From: a virus
Direction: 5' to 3' (one strand)
DNA length: 64,000 bases
Virus record (IMG/VR): IMGVR_UViG_3300037485_002668
Coordinates: 1 to 64,000 of that record
Of this stretch, positions 45,901-54,691 are shown piece after piece. Below the pieces are notes generated by a model. It was not told the origin of the DNA, ran no database searches, and was given only the letters and a program-made list of their open reading frames with translations. A program made the position numbers and the translations under genes. The first letter of the stretch is position 1; every line of letters begins with the position of its first letter.

Positions 45901-48148
45901 CGTCACTAAGTCCTTTGATAAGCAATTCCTGTTTCGATAGGTGTGGATTGACCATGCCTAATTTTTCATAAAGTTCATTCAGCTTATCGTTAATCTGTTT
46001 CTTAGCCGCAATATCATTCCCGTAAGCTGTGTATAACCGTTCATAAGTTTGGACTTCCTTTTGAACTTCTGAAGATAATTTTATATTTGATTCTTTTAAT
46101 AAATCCTGGGTGGAAGTCATCTTTTTTATCGGTTCAACGGTATCGCCGACTTTAGTTTTCAAATCATTTATTTGCGCCGTCAATTGGTTGTAATCATACG
46201 TACCTTTTTGAACCTTGTCACGCGCGACTTCTAAAGTAGTTATTTTATCCCGTAAAGATTTTTCAGATTGAATACCAGCGTCGGCTAATGCTTTTTCAGC
46301 GCCCGTAAGCTGGTCAATTTCCTTTCGCATCGCTTCGGCTTTATCGGTAGCTTTTTTCAGGTCGGTAGCAAAAGCGCCTGCATTACCCATGGCCACGCCA
46401 AAACCGACTTTCATCGCCCGCAGCCAGGAGTTGCTCGGTTCAATTTCCTTTTGAATCTGGTCTTCAATCTCTTTGAGTTGCGTTTTTAGACGTTCCGTTT
46501 CGATTTCACGAAACGCCCGTGCAATGCCTGCCAGACTCATTCCATACTGGTCAACGTTGATACCAGACTCTTCTAATTTCTTGCGTAAAGCTTCCGTAGT
46601 TTCGGTATATGCCGCCGTCCCCTCTTTGGTAGATTCAAGTTTTTTACCGAGCGCCTCAACCGAATCTACGTTGTCGGAAGTAGCATCGATTTCAGCAAGC
46701 ATCGCCTGGTATTGACGTTCAAGGGCAGCGCTAAAAATAGCATAGACCGCGACCACAGCTCCGACTCCAATTGCCAAAGAACCGAGACTTGCACCGGATT
46801 TCCCAAGTGCCTCATTTACTGGTGATAGTTTATCTTTTAAGCCATCAAAAGCTTCTTTCAACACGTCGACTGTTGCTTTGCCGGTTTCCCATGCTTTTTT
46901 AAAAAACTGAATTCCACCGGTTAATGCCACTATACTTCCAACTGATATTGCAACTGCTTTTAAGGCTGCGGGATGTTCATTAATAATAGTAAGGGTTTTG
47001 TTAATTGCAGGTAAAAATTGACTGCCGAGAGTTATGGCCAGGTCATTGACAATTACTTTTAACCGATTGAATTGAGCTGTGGTAGTTGCGCTTCGTACCG
47101 CGAATTCAGCGGCTAAAGAGGAATTTTCAGAATAAGAGGTAGCACTATCATCTAAAGCTTTTTTGAATAAGTCAACCGATCCGGCACCCTTAAGAAGTGT
47201 TTGGCTAAGGCCGGCACCAGTATATCCAAGCTTATCTAAGGCGACCATGCTGTCTTTACCCGATGCCTTTAAACCCTCAAGAAAAGTTATAATAGTACCA
47301 GCAGCGTCTTTTTCAAATGCTCTTTTAAATTCAGCACCCGTCATTGTACCAGCAGCGGATGCCTTGCCGGCAACATTCGCAAGTTCCTCCAACTTGGCGC
47401 CGCCTTTGGCTACGGCAAGGGACATATCCATAACCAATTTTGAAAAAGCGGTGCCGCCTAATTCAGCATTCATCCCCGTACTGGCAAGTGACGCTGAAAT
47501 TGCCAAAATTTGTTGTTGTGTAATCCCTGCCTGAGCGCCAGCGCCAGCAAGACGGCCGGCAAAGTTCATGATTTCGCCTTCGCCGGCGGCCGATGCCGCT
47601 CCCAACGTATTAACCGCCGATCCGATTCGACTTATTTGTTCCGCCGCTGACATGCCCGCCGGTGCGACCCCACGGGTAACGTTAACAAACCGCGCCATAG
47701 ATTCGGAAGCCTCCTCTACGGACATATCGGTAGTTACGCCCAGCATGGAAACGGTTTTGGTAAAGCCTAATAAATCCGAATTGGCGATACCTAGCTGACC
47801 GCCGATTTCAGCGATCCGGTTTAATTCGTTGACAGAAGTTCCCGATTCAATTGCCAGTGAACGCAAACCATCCTGGAGTTTTTGACCGGCATCAGTTAAT
47901 TTACCGGTGGAATCCCGTACCCCGTCAACTGTTTTAGCGACCCCAGCGAAAGATTCCTCAAATTTAGCGGCGGCTAAAATACTGCCGGTAATAGCTCCAG
48001 CCGTAGCAAGCATAGCCACGTTTAACACGGTATTTAAAGTTTGGGCGGTTTTGGAAGTATTGTCCTGAACCTTTTTTAATCCAGAAGAAAAAGTATCGGT
48101 TCCTTCCAGGCTTATGCGTGCAACGATATCGGTAACGCCACCAAACAT
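39944..48148 (-). CDS. tail tape measure protein (2734 aa)
   Basis: TP901-type core (FEESFAGVAKTVD...AEIGGQLGI...AELGGTAFSK); long helical repeats; C-terminal HTG...A.L...EVVIP. Confidence 0.95.
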   Translation of the reverse strand: MFGGVTDIVARISLEGTDTFSSGLKKVQDNTSKTAQTLNTVLNVAMLATAGAITGSILAAAKFEESFAGVAKTVDGVRDSTGKLTDAGQKLQDGLRSLAIESGTSVNELNRIAEIGGQLGIANSDLLGFTKTVSMLGVTTDMSVEEASESMARFVNVTRGVAPAGMSAAEQISRIGSAVNTLGAASAAGEGEIMNFAGRLAGAGAQAGITQQQILAISASLASTGMNAELGGTAFSKLVMDMSLAVAKGGAKLEELANVAGKASAAGTMTGAEFKRAFEKDAAGTIITFLEGLKASGKDSMVALDKLGYTGAGLSQTLLKGAGSVDLFKKALDDSATSYSENSSLAAEFAVRSATTTAQFNRLKVIVNDLAITLGSQFLPAINKTLTIINEHPAALKAVAISVGSIVALTGGIQFFKKAWETGKATVDVLKEAFDGLKDKLSPVNEALGKSGASLGSLAIGVGAVVAVYAIFSAALERQYQAMLAEIDATSDNVDSVEALGKKLESTKEGTAAYTETTEALRKKLEESGINVDQYGMSLAGIARAFREIETERLKTQLKEIEDQIQKEIEPSNSWLRAMKVGFGVAMGNAGAFATDLKKATDKAEAMRKEIDQLTGAEKALADAGIQSEKSLRDKITTLEVARDKVQKGTYDYNQLTAQINDLKTKVGDTVEPIKKMTSTQDLLKESNIKLSSEVQKEVQTYERLYTAYGNDIAAKKQINDKLNELYEKLGMVNPHLSKQELLIKGLSDAGVDLLENNTKQIDKFSALSDQVEKGSGYYDQLTKKIKETIDKVVDTNAPIEKQISQLQDVRSKLVEGSTGYQMVEDRIVSLMEEMDRSNSAIDAQKTGLQMLTDAGIELTSSVREQIANQAALIPVAKELGDAYGEKQLLGNIKSLYEKIGDTKGWEAFVAQAGISQEQVEGLSQKSEKGAKDWTEYAGQIGDVAKKFLGLGDTGSKAVDLLTSTVTGFLKGGLDPVSLGLQAASLLMDVLGGSAEKTGITVNDMKDSLGDLGTQITTLDELVNNLANDFESKLLTSLNNTNQAFLVMVTIGANMKNMGEGFKDLGEKIQKEFTDKLKNNTAELERLTRAFTFDNSFTKATEDLQYLIDVAAKNQEQFGKADWGQKGLADLINENVQGNLRLLATMDPTSDAYKKMTIQVWEAQATMAVLRGEVSSTEQWFENLAIRVEGTGDEMLAANYASERATEGQKTFADSIQESIEKLGGLTTALADAVKSQITDLGSLADKAIEMKNYYGDIKFPQMTADLEAAIAGNQAVLATLDPASQAYKDLADNIFKAQYALAVMNGYQGEFNSWLLANNLQLNNTGEVIEKAKSAQEKFNEAMDAAGVETQASVLKQVQSWTLLAAQLDVNSYEYRQLYDKIGQALSKLVDSNAPIDEQIKQWYALATTMQIGSAEYQVATENINSLIQKLTASDTPLADQIKMLEGVAANLSKDSIEYENVMMAIDQLREKLSQSNVQLTEHQELLKKLSELGIETTDGVMEQINAYSELLPKLQAGSYEYQQVMDKLDGLYGKLLDSSAPLREQISGLEALRDSGVLSGDALVWVTAKLAELNEGMQKQKIAQDAEKMGEEFEKAGRKLLSGDWLSAFEKSQKGMTDLADNAVQLRAKFGDIKFPSMERDLQAAIIDNKGLLATLDPTSVAYRELQDSIWKSEAALAVLRGEVGSIDEYFTKYNITLSTTKTVLDAMANGAEATFAALHELAANFLESIDITGLTSELSSAFDSSRQGLGSLADELLRVKEYFNMPTGEMEQALAQAIADNQALLGTLNPTSQAYRDLQDEIWKAQAALAVARGEVASIDEYLRLHNITLNNTTAAVQTFQEQFVDAFQLGIGLTEELGNQFKDTVKGLGDLADRALEMKKYFGDIEFPQMTADLEAAIANNQALLATLDPTSQAYKDLSDNIYKAQYALAVMNGFQGTLNEWLIANNLALNNAAEPLQTLIDQLLAATAATGGLTAELADAVTSQITGLGSLADKALELKNYYGNIKFPQMTADLEAAIANNQALLATLDPQSQAYRDLADNIYKAQYALAVMNGFQGDFNQWLLNNNLHLNNQAAQIETLADQFKAAVESTTGITAELGAAFDSSLTGLTSMAEEAIRLKKYFGEMPNMTIETDLLNTIQQNQALLATLDPQSQAYRDMADAIMQAQYAVAVLNGYQGTLNEWLLENNLALNNAAEPLQTLVEQLLAATAATGGLTTELADAVTSQITGLGSLAEKALELKNYYGNIQFPQMTADLQAAIADNQALLATLDPQSQAYKDLTDNIYKAQYALAVMNGYQGTLNEWLIANNLQLNSMAADLKNKVEAAITDLNKTIADLEKEKISLEVEFNANREKIEFQIMDIQKSITDKLKEKSLLTHAFEIDRAKITSNVKSLNEILARMGSNTPPNLYEIQKLLEGISGQTHALVINWGEMLDTLFADYDQFSTDFDTATKALDKLTYFKIDFNTTGADEQINAMIFRMQDFLATLDPNSQAYKDMAAQLEELKKKFTDAGGVLDENAAKDAVKQEAIDQIEALKKKLDELYTTYNNKQLEIDLEITEFENQLKKLEDDLNTLIDTYNQKKIEIDLDLTKAYAQLQALMEWLAAANNGTPPPTPPPLHTGGFGYDVTAHTGLIAADEVIAKLKRNEVVIPEGVVSKYPEPNWRQFISTGDPNVFPNAKPATSNVDLNFDVIVHSGDPSAWVEFKKKSERWYRDRSKNITTVTSFGRS

Positions 48149-48175
48149 GCGGATCCTTGTGTCAATAATAAGATA

Positions 48176-48688
48176 TTACGGTAAGCTGAATGGCGGTAAC
48201 GATGGCGGGGAATCGTTGGCAGCTTGTTTTCTTAAAAGAGCATTCCACTTTTCAAGTCCCGAATATAACGAACTATGCAAGCGTTTGTGCTGAAGACTTT
48301 TCATAATTACCAAATTTTCGGGGTCGTTATTGTTCCTGTCGCCATCAATATGATGAACATGTTCGTCGGGTAATAATTTTTTTTGGAAATAATCTTCCGC
48401 GACACGGCGATAACCAACCGGGTCGTCACTTTTAATAAAAGTTTCATCTGAAGACAGAATAAGCCGATAAAAATAATTCTTATCGATTTCATGGTTATTA
48501 TTGACGGCAGCGCCTATTTTGTTGACAATTTCGATAAACGTTTCCGGGTCGTCCCGAAAGTCGATATAAAAACGGCAATCATCGGCAGCAATAATCTTTG
48601 AAGCTTCGTCGGCAATGTCTGGTAAATTGAAAGCCGGATTAGTTTCAAAGATGTTAAAATCGATATTCGGTAATTCCAAATCAGTCAT
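48176..48688 (-). CDS. HNH endonuclease (homing-type)
   Basis: EHVHHIDGDRNNNDPENLVIM....HKRLH. Confidence 0.85.
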   Translation of the reverse strand: MTDLELPNIDFNIFETNPAFNLPDIADEASKIIAADDCRFYIDFRDDPETFIEIVNKIGAAVNNNHEIDKNYFYRLILSSDETFIKSDDPVGYRRVAEDYFQKKLLPDEHVHHIDGDRNNNDPENLVIMKSLQHKRLHSSLYSGLEKWNALLRKQAANDSPPSLPPFSLP

Positions 48689-48734
48689 TTTTTGTCTGTC
48701 AATCAGTTAACCCCGCGGGCGAGCCGCGGGGGGA

Positions 48735-49115
48735 TCAGGTTACTTTGAAATTCGGGGGGACTTCGTGCCAGACCGTGTTATCCTGGGGAAGTCCTGTGGA
48801 ACGATTTTCGTCCTGAAATTGGATTAAGGGGGGAGGATTGCGCACGCCCTGGAGGTGCGCCATGCGAGCACCGAGCGCGTTCACGTAGTTCGCAAACAGT
48901 TTCGGATAATGTTTCAGCAACGTATCCAGCAACGATTCAAACATCAATTCCGAAGGGTTGCGATTGGGTAACGCATTGATCATAAATTCACGGCGCAGCG
49001 GGTCGGCTAAATCACGGTCCAGGTCGGGATCAAACATCCCCTTATAATGCCAACGCTGAGCGGCCAAATCGCGCAGAATTATTTCGTCGCGTTCGGTTCC
49101 GCTGAAGAGTTTTTT
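48735..49115 (-). CDS. tail assembly chaperone extension (gpGT-like, -1 frame)
   Basis: ORF overlaps the 3' end of 49079..49636 in the -1 frame and is entered at A-AAA-AAC. Confidence 0.75.
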   Translation of the reverse strand, partial: KKLFSGTERDEIILRDLAAQRWHYKGMFDPDLDRDLADPLRREFMINALPNRNPSELMFESLLDTLLKHYPKLFANYVNALGARMAHLQGVRNPPPLIQFQDENRSTGLPQDNTVWHEVPPNFKVT

Positions 49116-49636
49116 ATTGCGTCCTTTTTCGCCTGGTATAAATCCCAAAGCTTGGTATATTGCGACAGCAATAAATTACTCAATTCCATATCGGTTTTAA
49201 CCCAGGCTTCCACCTCGGCCAAATCCTGGCGGCTGGGGAATAACGGCTGGTCTTCCATGGTTTTCAAAAAACGGGGAATAATTTTCTGCATGGAAACCAA
49301 CATCGACATATTTTCCGCGATTTGTTCCGCCCGATTTACGGGCTTGGACTTTTCCATATTCTCACGGGATTTTGCATCCGTGATGCGTTCGAGCCGTTGC
49401 CGCCATTCCTTTTCATTCACCGGCACGTCTTCGAAACCCTCGGCGCAGGCCAGGGCGTATTCACGTTCCCGAACATAGGTTTGTTCGCGTAAAATGTCGG
49501 TCATATCCAGACCTGAAATTTTGACCGGCACGGATTTATCGTTACCCGATTCATCTTTACCGAGCGGCCAGTCGAAAATAACTTCAATTTTTTTTTGTTG
49601 CTGCGCGTCGCGAATTAATTGCAGGGTGGTACTCAT
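49079..49636 (-). CDS. tail assembly chaperone (gpG-like)
   Basis: Between the major tail and tape measure genes; slippery site near the 3' end. Confidence 0.75.
   Translation of the reverse strand: MSTTLQLIRDAQQQKKIEVIFDWPLGKDESGNDKSVPVKISGLDMTDILREQTYVREREYALACAEGFEDVPVNEKEWRQRLERITDAKSRENMEKSKPVNRAEQIAENMSMLVSMQKIIPRFLKTMEDQPLFPSRQDLAEVEAWVKTDMELSNLLLSQYTKLWDLYQAKKDAIKNSSAEPNATK
49109..49115 (-). other. programmed -1 frameshift heptamer A AAA AAC
   Basis: ATA-AAA-AAC-TCT in frame 0 shifts to AAA-CTC-TTC-AGC-GGA (KLFSG) of the downstream ORF. Confidence 0.8.
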
Positions 49637-49992
49637 GATACAGTTTCCTTTGGTTTGGGGGTGTCTTGTTTTTCAGTTGTTTCTGGTTCATGTTTTGGCG
49701 TTTGGCCAGTGGGTTTAATTTCATTTCTGGCGATACTGAGCATTTTGTTACGATAGTACTGATAATTCAGCTCAAAAATAGCGAAGGCGGCTTCTTTGAT
49801 AGGAGTGCCATCCTTAGCAGTCAAAATAATATGCAATTGAGACTCGGTAGGCAAAGAAGCGCCTTCGTATAATGCAATCGCCGTCCCTTTATGGTCGCGC
49901 GTAAACGAAGTAGGCTCAATTCCCAGCAGCGTTTTCACCGCGGCGATATAATGGAAATCGGTTTCGGGAATACTATTTTTTCCGTAATTCAT
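49633..49992 (-). CDS. hypothetical protein
   Basis: ORF in the tail operon; ATGA coupling. Confidence 0.55.
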   Translation of the reverse strand: MNYGKNSIPETDFHYIAAVKTLLGIEPTSFTRDHKGTAIALYEGASLPTESQLHIILTAKDGTPIKEAAFAIFELNYQYYRNKMLSIARNEIKPTGQTPKHEPETTEKQDTPKPKETVS

Positions 49993-50033
49993 TTTTTTTG
50001 CTTTCTGTTTGTTTTTAAAAAGTCAGTTAGTTT

Positions 50034-50822
50034 TTAGGTATGCAGTTTCGGATAAAATACCTGCACTTCAGACGCGGCTTCGGGGGCGGTGGTAATGGTT
50101 AAAGTCGTGCCTGTTACCGAAGCGCCTGATTTAATAAAGGTACCGGTATCTTCCGTGCTTAATTTTTTCTTCAGACTGGCCAGCTTGGTATAATCGAACT
50201 GGGTATTATACAGCGCGGCGCTAACGCAAGCCACCGGGGTGGAACTTAAGGTAAACGTGGTGGTGCTGCCAGAACCCGTGTATTTATCGTAAACCATTTC
50301 ATAACCGGTCTTTAAAATCCAGGGTTTGGATTCGGTATAGAATGGAATTACGAAATCGGCGGTATCCAGCGGATGATCCACGGCCGGGGATTGAATGACC
50401 AGGTCTTCAAAAACCACCGTGTATAAATGGGTCAGGTTGTCGAAATCCCGAACGATACATTCCAGGTGGATTTGCGGTAATTCATTATCGACCAGGAGGT
50501 TCAGACCGTAAGTGGTGGAAGTGCTAATGCCGAATAACTGCGCCAGCACGTCCAGCGACTTGCCTTGGTAACAGGTAAACGAACCCGTCCACAAGGGACC
50601 GCGTTTGTAACGTCGGGAACGGTCGCCGCCGCCCTGGTGGAACAATTGGGCTTCGGACTGAAATGACGGGGCGCCGATATTGATATTCAGGATATAGCTC
50701 AAATTCGTCCAGACGACCGGGGCCAGCACGGACGCCTCCACGCGGACAAAGCGGTTTAACGTAAATTTATGACTTGGCTGTGCCGATTGTGGGACAATCG
50801 ATAATTGATCAGTAGTTGCCAT
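50034..50822 (-). CDS. major tail (tube) protein with C-terminal beta domain
   Basis: Position; beta-rich; GGAG RBS. Confidence 0.7.
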   Translation of the reverse strand: MATTDQLSIVPQSAQPSHKFTLNRFVRVEASVLAPVVWTNLSYILNINIGAPSFQSEAQLFHQGGGDRSRRYKRGPLWTGSFTCYQGKSLDVLAQLFGISTSTTYGLNLLVDNELPQIHLECIVRDFDNLTHLYTVVFEDLVIQSPAVDHPLDTADFVIPFYTESKPWILKTGYEMVYDKYTGSGSTTTFTLSSTPVACVSAALYNTQFDYTKLASLKKKLSTEDTGTFIKSGASVTGTTLTITTAPEAASEVQVFYPKLHT

Positions 50823-50834
50823 TTAAAAATTCTC

Positions 50835-51323
50835 CTAAGTTAAGAGATTGAGATCAAATTCAAGGCGGAACTGTTTGGTAGTTGAATCTTTGGTAATCCA
50901 GCGCGGGCCGGTCAAATTTTGCATCCGAATCCCTTGCGCAATCAAAGACGTATTGGTATAAGCAGTTCCGTAGTAATTTATATTGTATTTTATGCCATAT
51001 AATGTTTGTGGATTGGTAAATGTCGTAATAATTGAATTTGAAATCATGGCAATTTCGTTAATACCGCCACATTTATTTTCGTCCCAGCAACCCAGCGTGA
51101 CCGACCACCAATGACCGGCCAGGCCCGCCTGATTTTCACGGGCCGCGCCCATGCGATAGGGCGGTTCGATATAAATTAACGGTTTCGCAATGGAAAAATA
51201 TTGCGTTTCCGGGTAACCTTCAATCGGTTGCCAGCGTGACCAGGGGGCAGACGCGGTTAACTTTTCAAACAGCCGCAGCAGGTTCAACTGGGTATCGAGA
51301 ATTTCATAACCGGAACGAATCAT
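50835..51323 (-). CDS. tail terminator / completion protein
   Basis: Position directly before the tail tube gene; size. Confidence 0.55.
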   Translation of the reverse strand: MIRSGYEILDTQLNLLRLFEKLTASAPWSRWQPIEGYPETQYFSIAKPLIYIEPPYRMGAARENQAGLAGHWWSVTLGCWDENKCGGINEIAMISNSIITTFTNPQTLYGIKYNINYYGTAYTNTSLIAQGIRMQNLTGPRWITKDSTTKQFRLEFDLNLLT

Positions 51324-51772
51324 GGATTAGCCCCTGGGTTAACGGGCTGACCCTGGAAAATTTTGTTCAGCGTATTGGTCCAGGTCGTCAGCACGTGATC
51401 CTTTACATCCCGGACTGAGTCGACAATAAAACGACGCGGCTGAATGCCTTTCAAGCCTTCGTGAACATCGACATTATGCGGCGCAATGCTCCCCTTACTG
51501 GACACTGTCCATTCCGAGGCACTGATACGCTCCTTTTTAATCGAATTCACCAACATGAAACGGCGGCGGGGGATTGGAATTTGGCCAATCCGGGGATCAT
51601 CCCGGCCCGACACTTTCGGATCAATTGCGGGGCCGGTGACGAATTGCAGGACTTTATCCTTGACCACCTGAGCGCCCCAATTGACCAAAGACGCCTGGAC
51701 GACGGGCAAATTTTTCCGTAACAAGTCCAGACGTTCCTGCCATGAGCGGGTATCAAAAGACGGGTCAGGCAT
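51320..51772 (-). CDS. neck protein, HK97 gp10-like
   Basis: P.RR..L.NSI...APH...VHEG...PRRFI. Confidence 0.65.
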   Translation of the reverse strand: MPDPSFDTRSWQERLDLLRKNLPVVQASLVNWGAQVVKDKVLQFVTGPAIDPKVSGRDDPRIGQIPIPRRRFMLVNSIKKERISASEWTVSSKGSIAPHNVDVHEGLKGIQPRRFIVDSVRDVKDHVLTTWTNTLNKIFQGQPVNPGANP

Positions 51773-52274
51773 ATTTAATCATTCCTACAATTTGGGCGGC
51801 TAACGAATTGGCGAGACGCAAGTCCAACACTCTTTTGATACGATAATTGGAACTATTGTACGCCACGTAAACCGTCCGTTCGTCATCCACATAACCAGAC
51901 AGATCTACAAACACGCCGCTGGTATTACATGTGCCATTTAAAATCAATTCATATTTTAGAAATTCACCAATCGATTCCTGCTTGTACAAAAAATTACTGA
52001 TCATCGATTTTTCGTAAACAGAAATTGCGGGGTCATGAAAAAATGCTTTAATGGCGGTGGTGGTAGTCGTGGCGGCAATTTTCCCCGTGCCCAGGCAATC
52101 TTCAGCCAACGGAAACAGGCGATGATATTCCGGGTCGTAACGGGGAAAACTGGTGTTCTGACTGCGGTACGTCATGCAAGGGCAGGTCGTACCGGTTTTT
52201 ACCACCAGATTTGCGCTGGCGCCGTAGTTCAATAAAAATTCGATCCATCGGGTTTGCATGGTGATTACGCCCAC
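51765..52274 (-). CDS. head closure / head-tail joining protein
   Basis: Position; CPC...C.GTG motif. Confidence 0.55.
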   Translation of the reverse strand: MGVITMQTRWIEFLLNYGASANLVVKTGTTCPCMTYRSQNTSFPRYDPEYHRLFPLAEDCLGTGKIAATTTTTAIKAFFHDPAISVYEKSMISNFLYKQESIGEFLKYELILNGTCNTSGVFVDLSGYVDDERTVYVAYNSSNYRIKRVLDLRLANSLAAQIVGMIKYA

Positions 52275-52732
52275 AACGAATAATTGGTGGTGGAATAATC
52301 GATTTGAGTCGAATCATAACCATCGGGTTCGTAATCACTGCCGCCCGAAAACGAAATATAACAACGGGAAAGCTTTACCCCGGCGGCGGATAAATCGTCT
52401 AAAATTTCCTTTTCAATCTCTTCGATTAAAGCTACGCGATCCTTCACGGAGACGGTAATCGGATTGAACGGACCAATTAAAAACAGACTTTCTTCGGGCG
52501 CATACGCCAACACACGCGCGGCGCAGATACCAATTTCCGCGGCGTCAATTAAAACCTGCTGATACGCGGCGAGACTGGCGTAAGTTACCGAACCACGCGC
52601 GAGCCAGGAATCCGTCTTGGCCTCAGCGTAGGGGATATATGCCTTTGAATTCAGCGTGGTATCATCGAGCTGCGTGGTGTTCAGCTTGCGTAATCGCTGC
52701 CGAACTTCCGTCGGGGTAATGCGATAAGCCAT
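52265..52732 (-). CDS. head-tail adaptor
   Basis: Position; helical; ITPTEVR N-terminus. Confidence 0.6.
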   Translation of the reverse strand: MAYRITPTEVRQRLRKLNTTQLDDTTLNSKAYIPYAEAKTDSWLARGSVTYASLAAYQQVLIDAAEIGICAARVLAYAPEESLFLIGPFNPITVSVKDRVALIEEIEKEILDDLSAAGVKLSRCYISFSGGSDYEPDGYDSTQIDYSTTNYSLWA

Positions 52733-53034
52733 TACACTTCATTCTCTAAATTTTCAGTTTGTTTCCGACCGCGGCCAGGCTTGACGGGGGGACTCGTGGT
52801 ATTAGGCATCCCGGCCAGCGATTCCGTGATGGATTGAAGCTCATCATTTTCCGCATAGCGCAGGATTTTGGCCACGATTAACCCATTCCAGAACTGAGTG
52901 GCCGGGACTTCATAAACCCGTTTCGGATTTTCCTTAAATTGTTTTTCGGAAATATCCAGCACAAATTCATTTTCAACATCGTAGCGGAACGTCCATTCCA
53001 ACGCCACAACGCGCATTTTCGTAGGTGTTTTCAT
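52732..53034 (-). CDS. hypothetical protein after the capsid gene
   Basis: ORF coupled to the adaptor gene. Confidence 0.55.
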   Translation of the reverse strand: MKTPTKMRVVALEWTFRYDVENEFVLDISEKQFKENPKRVYEVPATQFWNGLIVAKILRYAENDELQSITESLAGMPNTTSPPVKPGRGRKQTENLENEV

Positions 53035-53101
53035 AAAAAACCTTTTTTTTTAGTGTTAAAATAAAGTTAAAATAAATGCGGGCCGGAGCCCGCGGATTCG
53101 A

Positions 53102-54199
53102 TTAACTATGGGTATCCAGACAGCTTAGGCCGTTTTTATCGATCACGTGCATGGCAACGCGTTTCGAAATCACATAGCGTTCCTTTTGCTTTTCGATAAT
53201 CCGATCAGTTTCGGTTAACAGCATGTTGTCGTTGGTGACATACCCTAACGCTTCGTCATCGGTGCCGAAAATACGGTCGGACGTCACGGTCGAGGTATCC
53301 CATTCGTAAAACGTGGGTAACTGAATACTGGTAAAGCCCCACTGTACGGGTGGATTGTTCATTTTAACAAAAGCCGTCCACCAGAGTACGCCCATGGCTT
53401 TCACGCCCAGACAGTTGCTGACGATATACGGTTTCGGCGGCTTCGTGGCAAATTCCACAATATCGCCTTCCACGATAATATCATTAGTGGCTACCGTAGC
53501 CGTGTTCCCAGCAGGGAGGCCGTTGCTATTGGCAGTATTGTCACCATTGATAATCATGTAAACCATATTATCGGTTTCGGTAATCGCGATTTGCTGACCC
53601 ACGCGCTGCAATACAGTGGCAACTAATGGTAACGGAACGTCTTTAATTTCTTCATAATTGAACAGAAATTGTTTACCGTATTTTTGCAAATTGACGGTCT
53701 GTTCGCTGACGGCCATGGTCACTGAGGGGAATTCCCCACCCGCGCCAACCACCGCGAACGTCCGCTGCGCTTCGGTGTCATCCAGGTAAACCTTTTTGTA
53801 AGACATACCTTTGATGACAGTATAATTTTTAATAAAAACCTGGGTCAAGCCCATTTTCATCGCGCCGGCGTAAACCTGCAACGACACATATTCCGCGAAC
53901 AGGGTCGTGGTGGCGGAGGTGGAGAAAAACTTTTCCACCGGGTCGGCATAATTTCCAAACGCGTTGACGCCGTAATATTTAATAATTTCTTCAATCGCCG
54001 TATCAGGTACGGGCTGATTCGATTTACGCAACTGATGTTTCAATTGATAAATTTCAAAGTTTGACTTTTGAGAATACAAAGATGGGCCGATGGCCTTTTC
54101 ACGTTGATTCTCCAGCCAAACACGCAGGGGGTAGCCTTCCATTGCGGCTTGGGTATAGACCCCTTTATCGAGGTTGAGAGATTTAATCCAATCTGACAT
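53102..54199 (-). CDS. major capsid protein (HK97 fold)
   Basis: V..GGEFP.........V.LQKYG....F.YE; IINGD; ETDRII; follows the protease and decoration genes. Confidence 0.85.
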   Translation of the reverse strand: MSDWIKSLNLDKGVYTQAAMEGYPLRVWLENQREKAIGPSLYSQKSNFEIYQLKHQLRKSNQPVPDTAIEEIIKYYGVNAFGNYADPVEKFFSTSATTTLFAEYVSLQVYAGAMKMGLTQVFIKNYTVIKGMSYKKVYLDDTEAQRTFAVVGAGGEFPSVTMAVSEQTVNLQKYGKQFLFNYEEIKDVPLPLVATVLQRVGQQIAITETDNMVYMIINGDNTANSNGLPAGNTATVATNDIIVEGDIVEFATKPPKPYIVSNCLGVKAMGVLWWTAFVKMNNPPVQWGFTSIQLPTFYEWDTSTVTSDRIFGTDDEALGYVTNDNMLLTETDRIIEKQKERYVISKRVAMHVIDKNGLSCLDTHS

Positions 54200-54223
54200 G
54201 GTAATTTATTCCTTTCAAAAAGA

Positions 54224-54682
54224 TTAGATAATAATGTGAACGTAATTAGTGGGCTCATCTTTGGCGATAACCGCGCCGGGGTTGCCGGACGTACCGCATT
54301 CCACATACATATAAGTGGAGCCATTTACCTGGAACGGGTCTTTCAGAACAATCGTACCGCCGGTATAGGGCAGGCACAGAATGCGGGTACAGGGACGCCA
54401 GTTGCTGGCTTTATCGGTATACCCCCAGAGATCGACCGTGAAACGATAAGTATGATAATTGTCCTCTTCCACGTTAGTGATAATACCGTCCGGGACTGTA
54501 TCATTCGGACAGTCGCTGATTTCCCAGTTGGTCGCATAGGTTAATTTAATTAATTTTGAATGCTTGACCAGCGTTTTGGCAGCAATCAGCGCGGCGACTT
54601 TCGTATTCAAATCCGAGTCGCCATAAGCGGTAATTTCGAGCGATTGACCAAACCAGCCATTCGCGCCGATATTTTCGGGCAT
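54224..54682 (-). CDS. head decoration / capsid stabilising protein
   Basis: Between protease and capsid genes; beta-rich; 152 aa. Confidence 0.55.
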   Translation of the reverse strand: MPENIGANGWFGQSLEITAYGDSDLNTKVAALIAAKTLVKHSKLIKLTYATNWEISDCPNDTVPDGIITNVEEDNYHTYRFTVDLWGYTDKASNWRPCTRILCLPYTGGTIVLKDPFQVNGSTYMYVECGTSGNPGAVIAKDEPTNYVHIII

Positions 54683-54691
54683 GTTGCCTCC